Shown: positions 41,219 through 51,069 of the stretch, one piece after another
How the letters are laid out: each line of letters opens with the position of its first letter
Position numbering within the stretch: the first letter of the stretch is position 1
Origin: an uncultured Gammaproteobacteria bacterium
GTDB taxonomy: Bacteria > Patescibacteriota > Microgenomatia > Levybacterales > UBA12049
NCBI GenBank assembly: GCA_964653195.1
Contig: CAZZCX010000004.1
Location: forward strand, 173 to 64,172
DNA length: 64,000 nucleotides
Reading direction: 5' to 3'
Notes under the pieces: model-generated
The model's database searches: none
What the model saw: only the letters and a program-made list of their open reading frames with translations
What the model was told of the DNA's origin: nothing
Program-made: the position numbers and the translations under genes

Positions 41219-43546
41219 ATGGGCCTGCCTTTTAAACTGCATCTCTTTAGAAAAACTCCTGAGGAAGGTTATTACCTTGCTTTAGTACTCCGTGATGAAA
41301 AAGTAGCTGCCTTAATATTCAAAGAACTGGAAGGAAAAATTACGATAGTAGCTAAAAGAGAAGAAACGCTTAAAGATACCCTTGAGAAAACTCCCCTTGA
41401 TGAACTTGTAACCATACTTGATAAAATAATCTCACATGTTGAGACTAGACTTCCGGCAGATATAGAGATAAAAGATACAGTCTTCGGTTTGAAAGATAGT
41501 TGGGTAAGTGAAAAAAAGATCAGTAAGGACTTCCTTACCAAGCTCAAACATATTTGTTCAGAATTAGATCTTAAGCCAATTGGTTTTATTGTGTTGCCTG
41601 AAGCTATAGCGCATCTTATAAAACAAGAAGAAGGCGCACCTGTGACCGCCCTAATTTCTGAAGTTGGTAAATTCGGAGTGACTGTAAGCTTATTTAAAGC
41701 AGGAAAACTAATCGAAACAAAGACAAAACCAATTGTCAGCACACCAATGCACGCTGTAGATGAAGTTTTAAAAGAATTTGAAAATGTGGAAATTCTCCCT
41801 TCCAGAATTATACTATTCCATGCAACTACTGAATTAGGCGATATTAATAAAGATGAATTAAGTCAGCAATTTATAGCACATAGCTGGAGTAAAAGTTTGC
41901 CTTTTTTACAAATTCCGCAAATATCGATACTGCCTCATGAGTTTGATGGTAAAGCAATTGTAGCGGGCGCAGCCACTCAGCTAGGCTTTGAATTCACCGG
42001 CTTACCTCAGGATTTAAACGAATCAGAAATAATTGATTTTGATCCAAAAAAAAGCAGAAGAATTAATAAACTTACAAATGCCGATCATGATCTAGAGATC
42101 GAAAAAAAATCTGATAAAACAACTTCTGAAAGTATAAACGCAAATGCTTTCGGATTTGTTCTAAATGAAGATATTACAACTATACCCAAACATGTAAAAG
42201 AGAATTCAATGCAAGCGATAAATAATTCAGAAACCGATTTTGAAGATAGAAACACACGAGTTGAGAAACGAAACGATTTCGCACTTAATGAGGTAATTGA
42301 GGAAAATAATGATGAAAATATATCTATAAAAAAATCAAAAGCAAATCCCCTTTTTCTTATAACTACTTTTTTTAGGAAACTTAAACCGCGGTCATCTACA
42401 ATAGCTAAAAAAAATTGGTTGTTTCTTATTCCACCAATTCTTATCCTGTTACTTATAGCATCCCTGCTCTTATATTTCTTTTCTTTAAAAGCTACTGTAA
42501 CACTTATTGTTTCTCCAAAAGATGTTGAAGAAACTCAACGGATAACCTTATCAACAAAATCACAAAATGATTTCACAAAAAATATAATTGCTGCAAAAGA
42601 GTTAACTGTAGCAATTGAAGGTAGCGCCGAAACAGAAACATCTGGCGAAAAAGAGGTAGGAGATAAAGCAAAAGGAACTATCACACTGTTTAACAGCGAT
42701 GAATCTAAAAAAACATTCAAGGAAGGTACAGAGATAGCATCAGAAAAAGGTTTAATTTTTGTTCTTGATAAAGAAACCAGTGTAGCTTCTGCTTCAGGCG
42801 ATATATTTACTGGTATAAAGTCTGGAACAGCACAAGCACCTGTGACAGCTTCAAAAATCGGTACAGAATATAACTTGCCGTCAAATTCAAAATTCAGTAT
42901 TCAGGGAACAGACGTGGTAGCTGCAAAAAACGAATCAGCATTTTCAGGAGGAACTAAGAAAAAAGTTACAGTTGTCACCCAAAAAGATGTAGATAAACTA
43001 GAAGAAGAGCTACCAAAGAGCTTAGAGGAAAAAGCGCGTACTGAACTAAAAAAGAAATTGAATGGTAATGAAGAACTACTTACAGGTTTTACAGATATTA
43101 CTCTATCTAAAACAACATTAGATAATGCAGTCGATAAAGAAGCAAAAACAGTAAAACTTACAGGTACTGTAAATTTTATATCTGTAGCCTATGATAAAGA
43201 TGATTTACTTCAATTTGCTGAAGAAAGTATAAAAGAAAGGTACACCAAGGAGGAACTTAATCGTGACAATATTGATACAAAACTAAGCGGTATCAAAGAT
43301 ACAAGTGAGACAGAACTGACTGCAGTCGCTGCCATTAACGCAGGCCTACTTCCTAAAATCGATATAGAAGATATGAAAACAAAACTTACTGGAAAATCTT
43401 TTACAGAAGTAAAAGAATTAGCAAGAGGTACATCGAGTCAAATAAAAGATGCTCAAATAACTCTTTCACCAAATCTTCCCTTTTTACCAGAAGTGCTTCC
43501 TAGAATTACAAAAAATATAGACATTATTGTCAATACAAGCCTTTAG
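41219..43546 (+). CDS. Large bitopic membrane protein of unknown function (~390-aa cytoplasmic N-domain, one TM, ~360-aa extracytoplasmic K/T/E-rich domain)
   Basis: Single strong TM helix 'WLFLIPPILILLLIASLLLYFFSL' near residue 400 and no recognisable catalytic motif. Followed by a sortase gene. Confidence 0.4.
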   Translation: MGLPFKLHLFRKTPEEGYYLALVLRDEKVAALIFKELEGKITIVAKREETLKDTLEKTPLDELVTILDKIISHVETRLPADIEIKDTVFGLKDSWVSEKKISKDFLTKLKHICSELDLKPIGFIVLPEAIAHLIKQEEGAPVTALISEVGKFGVTVSLFKAGKLIETKTKPIVSTPMHAVDEVLKEFENVEILPSRIILFHATTELGDINKDELSQQFIAHSWSKSLPFLQIPQISILPHEFDGKAIVAGAATQLGFEFTGLPQDLNESEIIDFDPKKSRRINKLTNADHDLEIEKKSDKTTSESINANAFGFVLNEDITTIPKHVKENSMQAINNSETDFEDRNTRVEKRNDFALNEVIEENNDENISIKKSKANPLFLITTFFRKLKPRSSTIAKKNWLFLIPPILILLLIASLLLYFFSLKATVTLIVSPKDVEETQRITLSTKSQNDFTKNIIAAKELTVAIEGSAETETSGEKEVGDKAKGTITLFNSDESKKTFKEGTEIASEKGLIFVLDKETSVASASGDIFTGIKSGTAQAPVTASKIGTEYNLPSNSKFSIQGTDVVAAKNESAFSGGTKKKVTVVTQKDVDKLEEELPKSLEEKARTELKKKLNGNEELLTGFTDITLSKTTLDNAVDKEAKTVKLTGTVNFISVAYDKDDLLQFAEESIKERYTKEELNRDNIDTKLSGIKDTSETELTAVAAINAGLLPKIDIEDMKTKLTGKSFTEVKELARGTSSQIKDAQITLSPNLPFLPEVLPRITKNIDIIVNTSL

Positions 43547-43609
43547 CCTTATTACTTAAAGCATCCCTCCTCTGGTGACATTTCATCTTATGTTTTATAC
43601 AATAATTAT

Positions 43610-44338
43610 ATGAGATACATTTACAGGAAGAATAATAAATTTCAAATACGCACAGTTATTCGCTACGGAGGATTAATTATTTCAATTACGGGTTTCTTGT
43701 TTCTATTTTATATAATTTATCCTTTTTTGTCCTGGAAATTTTATTACGAGCCGGTCTTTGCAGCTGCTGATTTACAAACTCCCATACCAAAAACGACTGT
43801 ACTTTCCAAGGGAAATTTACAGACACTACTTGCTTCAGCTGTGGATTCTATAAATCTAGATTATACTGATGCGAAAAATTGGTTCCCTGACTATAAACCA
43901 GCATTTAAAAAAGTTAATGATCCGGGTATTATAACTACATTTAATATTTCAATTCCCAAATTAAGAATTAACTATGCAAATGTTTCAACTATTGATACCG
44001 ATTTGTCAAAACACTTAATACTTTATCCTGGTACAAGTATTCCTCCTGAAAAAGGTAATGCAGTAATCTTCGGACATTCTTCTATTCCCAGTTGGTTTAA
44101 TCCTAATAATTACCAGACGATTTTCGCAACACTTCATACTTTAAAAGTTGGAGACGAAATTCATACTACAGTAAATACTAAAGAATATAGATATATCGTA
44201 GAGTCTATTAGGATCACAACTCCTAACGATATGACTATATTTACTCAGAATACTGATAACAGCTATCTCACACTGCTCACATGCACACCTCCCGGTACCA
44301 CATGGAAAAGATTAATTATAAAAGCTAAAGCTAGTTAA
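43610..44338 (+). CDS. Sortase-family transpeptidase
   Basis: N-terminal TM anchor, 'IFGHSS' His region, catalytic 'TLLTCTPPG' (TLxTC) and a downstream Arg. Confidence 0.75.
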   Translation: MRYIYRKNNKFQIRTVIRYGGLIISITGFLFLFYIIYPFLSWKFYYEPVFAAADLQTPIPKTTVLSKGNLQTLLASAVDSINLDYTDAKNWFPDYKPAFKKVNDPGIITTFNISIPKLRINYANVSTIDTDLSKHLILYPGTSIPPEKGNAVIFGHSSIPSWFNPNNYQTIFATLHTLKVGDEIHTTVNTKEYRYIVESIRITTPNDMTIFTQNTDNSYLTLLTCTPPGTTWKRLIIKAKAS

Positions 44339-44545
44339 ATAAGAATTTATTGATGACATTACTTCATAAGTTATATACAATAAATTTATGTATCAAAAAG
44401 AACCAAATCGGGTTATAAAATTACTTAGCCAAGTGTGGCCGTATATTTATAGAGGAATAAATAGTACACTTTATTTCGTAATAAATCTAATTAAATCCAT
44501 AATCAAAGATACTATGCGAATGTTAAAAACGGGAGGCATAGAATA

Positions 44546-45817
44546 ATGGATGAAAAAACCTTCGCTCTTCAAGCGCTTCAAAAAAAACTTGAAGGTAAGA
44601 GCCTCAATTACAAAGAGATCTTCGCCATAATGGATGAGATTGCACATCGAAAACTAGGCGATATCCTTACCACATATTTTGCTGCTTCAGGCTATACGAG
44701 AGGATTTTCAGACGAAGAGATGTACTTCTTAACAAAAGCCATGGTAGAAACTGGTGATAAACTTACTTTTCCGGGAATTGTGGCCGATAAGCACTCAATA
44801 GGTGGTGTACCAGGTACACGAACCACCATGATAATCGTCCCTTTAATAGCTTCAGCTGGATTTACTATACCAAAAAATTCCTCACGTGCTATAACGACAC
44901 CCGGCGGGACAGCTGATGATATGGAGGTTTTAGCACCGGTAACTTTTTCAAAAGAGAAAATTTATGAAATAGTAAAAAAAGCTAATGCGTGTATAGTCTG
45001 GGGCGGTGGTGTAGATATAGCTCCCGCAGATGATATTCTAATAAAAGTCGAGGAGCCTTTAATGTTTGAAAGTTTTGATAAAATATTGGTATCTATAATG
45101 GCGAAAAAGGTTGCTTTCGGATCAACCCATATTGTTATAGATCTTCCTTACGGAAAGCACGTAAAAGCACACTCTGAGAAAGACGCGAATATTCTAAAAG
45201 AAAAATTTGAAAAACTAGCAAAAAGATTCAATGTAAAAATCAGAATCAGAATTCATAAAACACTTGAACCAGCAGGGCGAGGTATTGGTCCATTGCTTGA
45301 AGCAAAAGAAGCACTTAAAGTTCTTGAGCAGACTATCGACAGACCTTTGGATTTGGAAGAGCGTTCTGTCAATCTTGCCTCTGAATTACTGGATCTTTGC
45401 TTGGAAGATGATTTAGAAAAACAAAAAATCATCAAAAATGAATTTGGTACAGCAGATAAATACGTCCGTCATCTTTTAACTACTAAAAAGGCGTTGAGCA
45501 AAATGAAAGATATTATTCAAGCACAAGGTGGAAATGCAAACGTAACTAGCCATAATCTTCATCCAGGAGAAAAAACTTATGATGTATTTTCCACTAGAAA
45601 AGTCACAGTAAGTAATTTAAATAGTAAGAATATTTCAATTATCGCAAAAATTCTTGGTTGTCCTAATGATAAAAAAGCCGGTCTATATTTAAATAAAAAA
45701 ATAGATGAAACAGCAGAAAAGGGTGAGCTTTTATTTACACTTTATAGTACAAAATCCCATCATCTAAATGAGGCAAAAGAATCGCTTGCAAGCTTTCCGA
45801 TTCTTGAGTATGATTAA
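44546..45817 (+). CDS. Thymidine/pyrimidine-nucleoside (or AMP) phosphorylase family protein
   Basis: 'DKHSIGGVPGTRTTMIIVPLIASAGFTIPKNSSRAITTPGGTADDMEVL' matches the phosphate and nucleoside binding region of the DeoA family. Confidence 0.75.
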   Translation: MDEKTFALQALQKKLEGKSLNYKEIFAIMDEIAHRKLGDILTTYFAASGYTRGFSDEEMYFLTKAMVETGDKLTFPGIVADKHSIGGVPGTRTTMIIVPLIASAGFTIPKNSSRAITTPGGTADDMEVLAPVTFSKEKIYEIVKKANACIVWGGGVDIAPADDILIKVEEPLMFESFDKILVSIMAKKVAFGSTHIVIDLPYGKHVKAHSEKDANILKEKFEKLAKRFNVKIRIRIHKTLEPAGRGIGPLLEAKEALKVLEQTIDRPLDLEERSVNLASELLDLCLEDDLEKQKIIKNEFGTADKYVRHLLTTKKALSKMKDIIQAQGGNANVTSHNLHPGEKTYDVFSTRKVTVSNLNSKNISIIAKILGCPNDKKAGLYLNKKIDETAEKGELLFTLYSTKSHHLNEAKESLASFPILEYD

Positions 45818-45822
45818 TTTTC

Positions 45823-46797
45823 ATGCGGAAAAAACAAAAAAAAACATTTAAACTATTTTTTATTCTCAGTTTTATAATAATTGTTAGTTTAGGATACTTC
45901 TTGTGGACAATCAGCACTCAACCTGTATTTAAGAATAAATACTCACCTATATCTTTCAGTGTTGAAAAAGGTGCAAATCTTAGGGACATCGCAACAGATC
46001 TTAAAAATGCTGGCCTAATTCGCAGTTCTTATACTTTTGTCTTAGTAACCAAACTTCTTGGCGTTGATGGATCGATCCAAGCTGGATTATTTGAATTATC
46101 ACCAAGCATGGATACCTTAACTATCGCAAGGAGACTCACCAATAGTACGACTGATATCAAAGTTACAATACCTGAAGGTAAAAGGGCAGAAGAAGTTGCA
46201 GAAATTTTAGGTACACATATTCAATCTTTATCAATTGATGCCATTACTCCATCGCTTATAGAATATAATGGCTATCTATTTCCAGATACTTATAATTTCG
46301 CTGAGGGCACAACAGTAGATAAAATTCTTGAAGTAATGCGTGCAAACTTCGAAAGCAAATATCAAACCATAATAAATAAAACCGATTTATCAAAACAAGA
46401 AATCGTAACTATAGCATCACTTATTGAACGCGAAGCACGACATGACGAAGACAGGGCTCTGGTATCCAGTGTAATTCATAACAGATACAGTATCGGAATG
46501 AAGCTTGATATAGATGCCACAATCCAATACGCACTTGGATATAACACCTCACAAAAAACCTGGTGGAAGAAAGGACTAACCATCCAAGATTTGGCCACTA
46601 ATTCACCATATAATACATATACAAATGCGGGTCTACCCCCGACACCTATTTCAAATCCAGGCCTTGCTGCACTCAAAGCTTCGGCAAATCCAACTGTTTC
46701 TGATTATCTTTACTATATAACAGATAAAAATGGAATAAACCGTTATGCCAAGAATCTCGAAGAACACAATGCAAACATACGAAGATACGGCCTCTAA
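45823..46797 (+). CDS. mltG: Endolytic murein transglycosylase MltG (YceG-like)
   Basis: N-terminal TM, 'VTIPEGKRAEEVAEIL', 'ASLIEREA' and 'GLPPTPISNPG' YceG signature. Confidence 0.8.
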   Translation: MRKKQKKTFKLFFILSFIIIVSLGYFLWTISTQPVFKNKYSPISFSVEKGANLRDIATDLKNAGLIRSSYTFVLVTKLLGVDGSIQAGLFELSPSMDTLTIARRLTNSTTDIKVTIPEGKRAEEVAEILGTHIQSLSIDAITPSLIEYNGYLFPDTYNFAEGTTVDKILEVMRANFESKYQTIINKTDLSKQEIVTIASLIEREARHDEDRALVSSVIHNRYSIGMKLDIDATIQYALGYNTSQKTWWKKGLTIQDLATNSPYNTYTNAGLPPTPISNPGLAALKASANPTVSDYLYYITDKNGINRYAKNLEEHNANIRRYGL

Positions 46798-46808
46798 GCT
46801 CTAATGAT

Positions 46809-47186
46809 TTAAATTCTTTTTTTTATTCCCTTAAAAAATCTGCGGGTGGCAGTTTTCACTATAGATGGCTGGGGTTCTGAAGCCGGAGCATTCTCTTTTA
46901 TATCATTTTCATTTCTATCACTGATATTTTCTATAACTTTTTTGTCTTCATCTAATATAGTCGAAGGGACAAAATCGTCAGCCTTGAATAAATCTTCATC
47001 TTCTTCAATTATCTCCTTAATTGTATCTTCCCAATTGCTTATTCTATCTATTCCCTGATCAACAAGTGTTTTAAGGATTCTTCTACCCTTCTTTGTATTA
47101 AAAAGCAATGCAGCAGCTATACCGAGAATAAATCCAAATATAAATCCATTATTATTTTTATTATCATTATTAATGTGAGTCAACAT
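46809..47186 (-). CDS. YtxH-like small membrane protein
   Basis: 'GFIFGFILGIAAALLFNTKKGRRILKTL' matches the YtxH pattern (G-rich TM followed by 'APKSGxExR'). Confidence 0.55.
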   Translation of the reverse strand: MLTHINNDNKNNNGFIFGFILGIAAALLFNTKKGRRILKTLVDQGIDRISNWEDTIKEIIEEDEDLFKADDFVPSTILDEDKKVIENISDRNENDIKENAPASEPQPSIVKTATRRFFKGIKKRI

Positions 47187-47229
47187 ATAATATGAAGAAA
47201 CTTATTGTGGTACTGAGATAGCAAGCTCT

Positions 47230-47532
47230 CTACTTCTTCTCATCCTCATCTCTGTTTAAAAATGCACGAACCAACTTTGCAACCGTCAGTATTGATCCCG
47301 CTTTCAAGCTTGATGTTAATGAAGAAAATGTAGCAATAGGAGCAGAAATGTTTTCAGTTATACTACCTGCATTATCTAAAACTCGATTCGCCTTTGTTAA
47401 AGTATTTCTAACATCTTTCAGTATGTAAAACACCTGTACTCCTAAAATGACTAATAAAACAGTCAAAACCACAATTACAAGAAGAAGGACTAGTTGGACA
47501 GTATCAATCATATGAAATTTACAGAGAATCAA
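47230..47532 (-). CDS. DUF948 (YtxG-like) small membrane protein
   Basis: 100 aa with an N-terminal TM followed by an amphipathic helix; lies directly upstream of the YtxH-like gene, as in the Bacillus ytxGH arrangement. Confidence 0.45.
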   Translation of the reverse strand: MILCKFHMIDTVQLVLLLVIVVLTVLLVILGVQVFYILKDVRNTLTKANRVLDNAGSITENISAPIATFSSLTSSLKAGSILTVAKLVRAFLNRDEDEKK

Positions 47533-47670
47533 AAATGTAAAAATGCAAAGTTAAAATCAAATCTAGAAATTCATTTACATTAACTTTAAAATACTATTAC
47601 ATTTTACTCTACAGTATATAAACATACTACCTTAAAGAAAATATCAGTGTCAAGAATGAATTGAGTAAGA

Positions 47671-48300
47671 TTATTGCTTAAGCTCAACAATTTTTTCTAA
47701 AGTTGTAGATTTTCCGAATCTATTCACAGCTGTTATTGTTATACTTGTTTTTCCTGGAAAAATTGACAACGACTTAACGAAAGTACCATCACTCTCAACA
47801 TATACAGGTGCTTTATTGATACTTACCTGAGCATAAGGGTTTGATTTGCCTCTTATTGTCACTGTACCTGCCTTAGAAGATACATTGCTCGACACAAGAC
47901 TAAGTGGCGGATTTATAACTGCATCTTTATAGGAATAGGCGATGTATCCGGTAAATGCAAAAAAAGCAAATAGAACAACCAAGGTAGTATATTGAATTTT
48001 CAACCGGGGAAGGACTAAATCTGTAGTTTCTGAAAACCTTTCAGGCAAAACTGCAAAAGCTTTCGCCTCATCTACTTCTCTCCTGTATAACGCTAACGCA
48101 TCTCTTTTAGATACTCCTAAATACTCTGCGTAATTTGCTATAAAACCCCGAGCGTAAGCACTTGCCGGAAGCTTATGATACTCTCCACGCTCAATAGCGC
48201 TCAGAAAAAATGGTCGAATCTTTAATGCTTTCGTAACTTCATCAAGACTGATACCTTTCTGAACCCGTATTTCATGTAATTTATTCCCTAGTTTTATCAT
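47671..48300 (-). CDS. rodZ: Cytoskeleton protein RodZ-like (XRE HTH plus TM plus C-terminal domain)
   Basis: 'LHEIRVQKGISLDEVTKALKIRPFFLSAIERGEYHKLPASAYARGFIANYAEYLG' is a canonical RodZ N-terminal HTH region. A central TM helix follows. Confidence 0.75.
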   Translation of the reverse strand: MIKLGNKLHEIRVQKGISLDEVTKALKIRPFFLSAIERGEYHKLPASAYARGFIANYAEYLGVSKRDALALYRREVDEAKAFAVLPERFSETTDLVLPRLKIQYTTLVVLFAFFAFTGYIAYSYKDAVINPPLSLVSSNVSSKAGTVTIRGKSNPYAQVSINKAPVYVESDGTFVKSLSIFPGKTSITITAVNRFGKSTTLEKIVELKQ

Positions 48301-48358
48301 ATCGTTAAAACGTTATCTATTATAATCAAGAATTTGAGCTTACTTTTTCACAATAATG

Positions 48359-50497
48359 CTAAGATGTATTCAAATTCGTCAAGAACTCATCAGCATTTCT
48401 CACCAATACTTCTCTGGGTTTTGATCCTTCCGCTTGGCCGACTATCCCTACTTCTTCAAGCTGATCCAGAATTCTGGCGGCGCGTGAGTAACCTATAGAC
48501 ATTTTTCTTTGTAAAAATGAGGCAGATGCAGTATCAAATTGACATACAAGCCTCACAACTTCCTCAAAAATAGGATCTCGTCCTGCTCCATCAGAAACTG
48601 AACCTATTGCACCGGATTTACCTTTTGCTCCAATAGGCTGATTTAAAATCTCTTCGGTATACTCAACTGCTACATCTTTTGATTTCAAAAAGTCAACCAA
48701 GCGCTTGACTTCTTTTTCTGAAATAAACGCACCTTGAATACGGGTTGGCTTAGCCTGATCTGGAGGTATATAAAGCATATCTCCACGTCCTAATAATTTT
48801 TCAGCTCCTGGGCTATCCAAAATAACTCTTGAGTCAATCATAGAGGAAACATTAAATGCAATTCGGGCTGGAATATTTGCCTTAATAAGGCCGGTAATTA
48901 CATTTACTGACGGTCTTTGTGTCGCAATAACCAAATGAATTCCAGTCGCACGAGCCATCTGAGCTAGCCTTGCAACAGCATCTTCTACATCAACTGGAGC
49001 AAACATCATCAAATCTGCAAGTTCATCAATAACGATAACTATATAAGGAAGTGCCTGAAAACCCGATAATTCGTTATAGCCTTCAATATTACGAACAGCT
49101 CTTTCAGCAAACAATTTATATCTCCTATCCATCTCCTGCATAGACCATTTCAGAGCAGAAAGGATCTTATCAGGCTCAACAATTACAGGTGTCAAAAGAT
49201 GGGGAATGCCGTTATATGAAGTAAACTCCACCCGCTTAGGATCAACTAAGATAAGCTTTACCTCTTGTGGTGATGCGCGGAAAAGTAGTGTCGAAATAAA
49301 AGCATTAATAAGTACTGATTTACCGGACCCCGTTGTTCCTGCTACAAGAATATGAGGCATTTTACTTATATCGGTAACAATCGGCGTTCCGGAAACATCA
49401 AGTCCCAATGAAACAGTAAGCTTTGATTTACTTTTTTGCATATTCTGTGAACTAAGCAAAGCTTTAAGCGGTACAACCTCAAGAGATCTATTTGGAATCT
49501 CTATTCCAACTAAATTTCGACCTGGAATAGGTGCTTCAATTCTGATCTGACCAGTAGGCGCTTCTGTAGCTAAAGCTAAGTCATTCGCTAGCGAAGTAAT
49601 TTTTGATACTTTTGTACCTAGTGCTATCTCCAATGCGTATTGAGTAACTGCAGGGCCTAAATTAACTTCAGCAACCCGAGCCTCAACCCCAAAGCTTTGG
49701 AGTGTTTTTTCAATTACTGATGCTATCTTATTTATATCACCACGCTCAGCTTTTTTACCTGGCTCTTCAGATAGAAGCGATAAAGCCGGGTACTCCCAAA
49801 TACCAGGAGTTGTATTATCAAGCATATTTGTAACTAATTTTTCTGATAGAATATCATTCTTTTTAGTTGAAGCAGAAGATGCGTGAGTATTCGAAGATGA
49901 ATTCACTATTTGTTCTTTCTGCCCACCTTTTATTGTAATCGGCTTACTTCTATCCAAAACTGCAGGAAGTTTAGCTTTTCTCACAGCTGATAGAGTCTTC
50001 CATGGTAACAATTTTTTCGATGTAGTTAAAACTGTTTGTATAACTTGTACAATTTCATCAATTGAAGTATCGAAAAATACCACATTGCCTATTAATATTC
50101 CGCTAATAAAAATAAGATCTGCAAGTAATCTACCCAGACTACTCTCCAAAAATAAAAATAAACCTGCTCCCATTAAACCGCTTTTTGTAAGACCGGCAAG
50201 TGAGATAAATCCCAGCAAATACCCAATTGCCACATTTGGCCGGGATAAATAAAATTTTTTGATTCTAAGACAAAAAAATCCAAAAAAAAGTGGGACTAGT
50301 GATGCGAAAAAAGCAGTAGCGCCAAAATAGTCGTTTAGCAAATTTTGAATCCTTACAGGAGTTGGGCCATTACTTATAAATGATATTAATGATAAACCAC
50401 TTATACAAAAACACAGTACTGCAAATATACTGTATACTGTTCCTTTTTTTAAGTTGAAGGAAAATCTTTTCCTTCTTGATCTTTTCTTCCAAAGCAT
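48359..50497 (-). CDS. ftsK: DNA translocase FtsK (SpoIIIE family) with gamma domain
   Basis: N-terminal 4 TM segments, Walker A 'GTTGSGKS', Walker B 'VIVIDELADL', C-terminal winged-helix 'FLQRKMSIGYSRAARILDQLEEVGIV'. Confidence 0.9.
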   Translation of the reverse strand: MLWKKRSRRKRFSFNLKKGTVYSIFAVLCFCISGLSLISFISNGPTPVRIQNLLNDYFGATAFFASLVPLFFGFFCLRIKKFYLSRPNVAIGYLLGFISLAGLTKSGLMGAGLFLFLESSLGRLLADLIFISGILIGNVVFFDTSIDEIVQVIQTVLTTSKKLLPWKTLSAVRKAKLPAVLDRSKPITIKGGQKEQIVNSSSNTHASSASTKKNDILSEKLVTNMLDNTTPGIWEYPALSLLSEEPGKKAERGDINKIASVIEKTLQSFGVEARVAEVNLGPAVTQYALEIALGTKVSKITSLANDLALATEAPTGQIRIEAPIPGRNLVGIEIPNRSLEVVPLKALLSSQNMQKSKSKLTVSLGLDVSGTPIVTDISKMPHILVAGTTGSGKSVLINAFISTLLFRASPQEVKLILVDPKRVEFTSYNGIPHLLTPVIVEPDKILSALKWSMQEMDRRYKLFAERAVRNIEGYNELSGFQALPYIVIVIDELADLMMFAPVDVEDAVARLAQMARATGIHLVIATQRPSVNVITGLIKANIPARIAFNVSSMIDSRVILDSPGAEKLLGRGDMLYIPPDQAKPTRIQGAFISEKEVKRLVDFLKSKDVAVEYTEEILNQPIGAKGKSGAIGSVSDGAGRDPIFEEVVRLVCQFDTASASFLQRKMSIGYSRAARILDQLEEVGIVGQAEGSKPREVLVRNADEFLTNLNTS

Positions 50498-50720
50498 AGG
50501 CAGAGAAATGCTATAAGAACAGTATCATAATAACACTTAGTGGACTATGATACAAGTTACCCCAGCCACAATTAATCATTTACAAAATGATAAACTAATA
50601 CCTTAAAATAACTAATCGTCGTAAAAAAATAATGGTGTATTTAACGATTACAGATTGAGATACATTTACTGTTAATTAATTGAGAAGTAAATTAAATTAA
50701 AATTATATTGATTTCTTAAA

Positions 50721-51059
50721 CTACTCTTCAATGAAGCTATTGAGTAATGAGCTTATAAGGGATAAAACCAAACCAAATAAAATAGCCCAAATTATTCCGT
50801 CGATTGAAAACCCAGTAATCAAAGAGTCGGTCAATAAGATCATTAAGACATTTAAAACCAATGCAAAGAGACCAAAAGTTACTATACTAATTGGTAAAGT
50901 TAGAATAAAAAGAATTGGTTTTATAAAAGCGTTAACAACTCCTAAAACCAACGCAACTATTAACGCTGTTTTGAAAGAATCTATATGAACTCCAGTCAGA
51001 AGATATGAAGTGATGAAAACCGCAAAAGCTGAGATCAACCAATTTACCAAAAATCGCAT
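50721..51059 (-). CDS. DUF360 / phage-holin-4_2-family membrane protein
   Basis: 112 aa with 4 TM segments; 'WLISAFAVFITSYLLTGVHIDSFKTALIVALVLGVVNAFIKPIL' matches the DUF360 pattern. Confidence 0.6.
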   Translation of the reverse strand: MRFLVNWLISAFAVFITSYLLTGVHIDSFKTALIVALVLGVVNAFIKPILFILTLPISIVTFGLFALVLNVLMILLTDSLITGFSIDGIIWAILFGLVLSLISSLLNSFIEE

Positions 51060-51069
51060 AAATGGTTAT

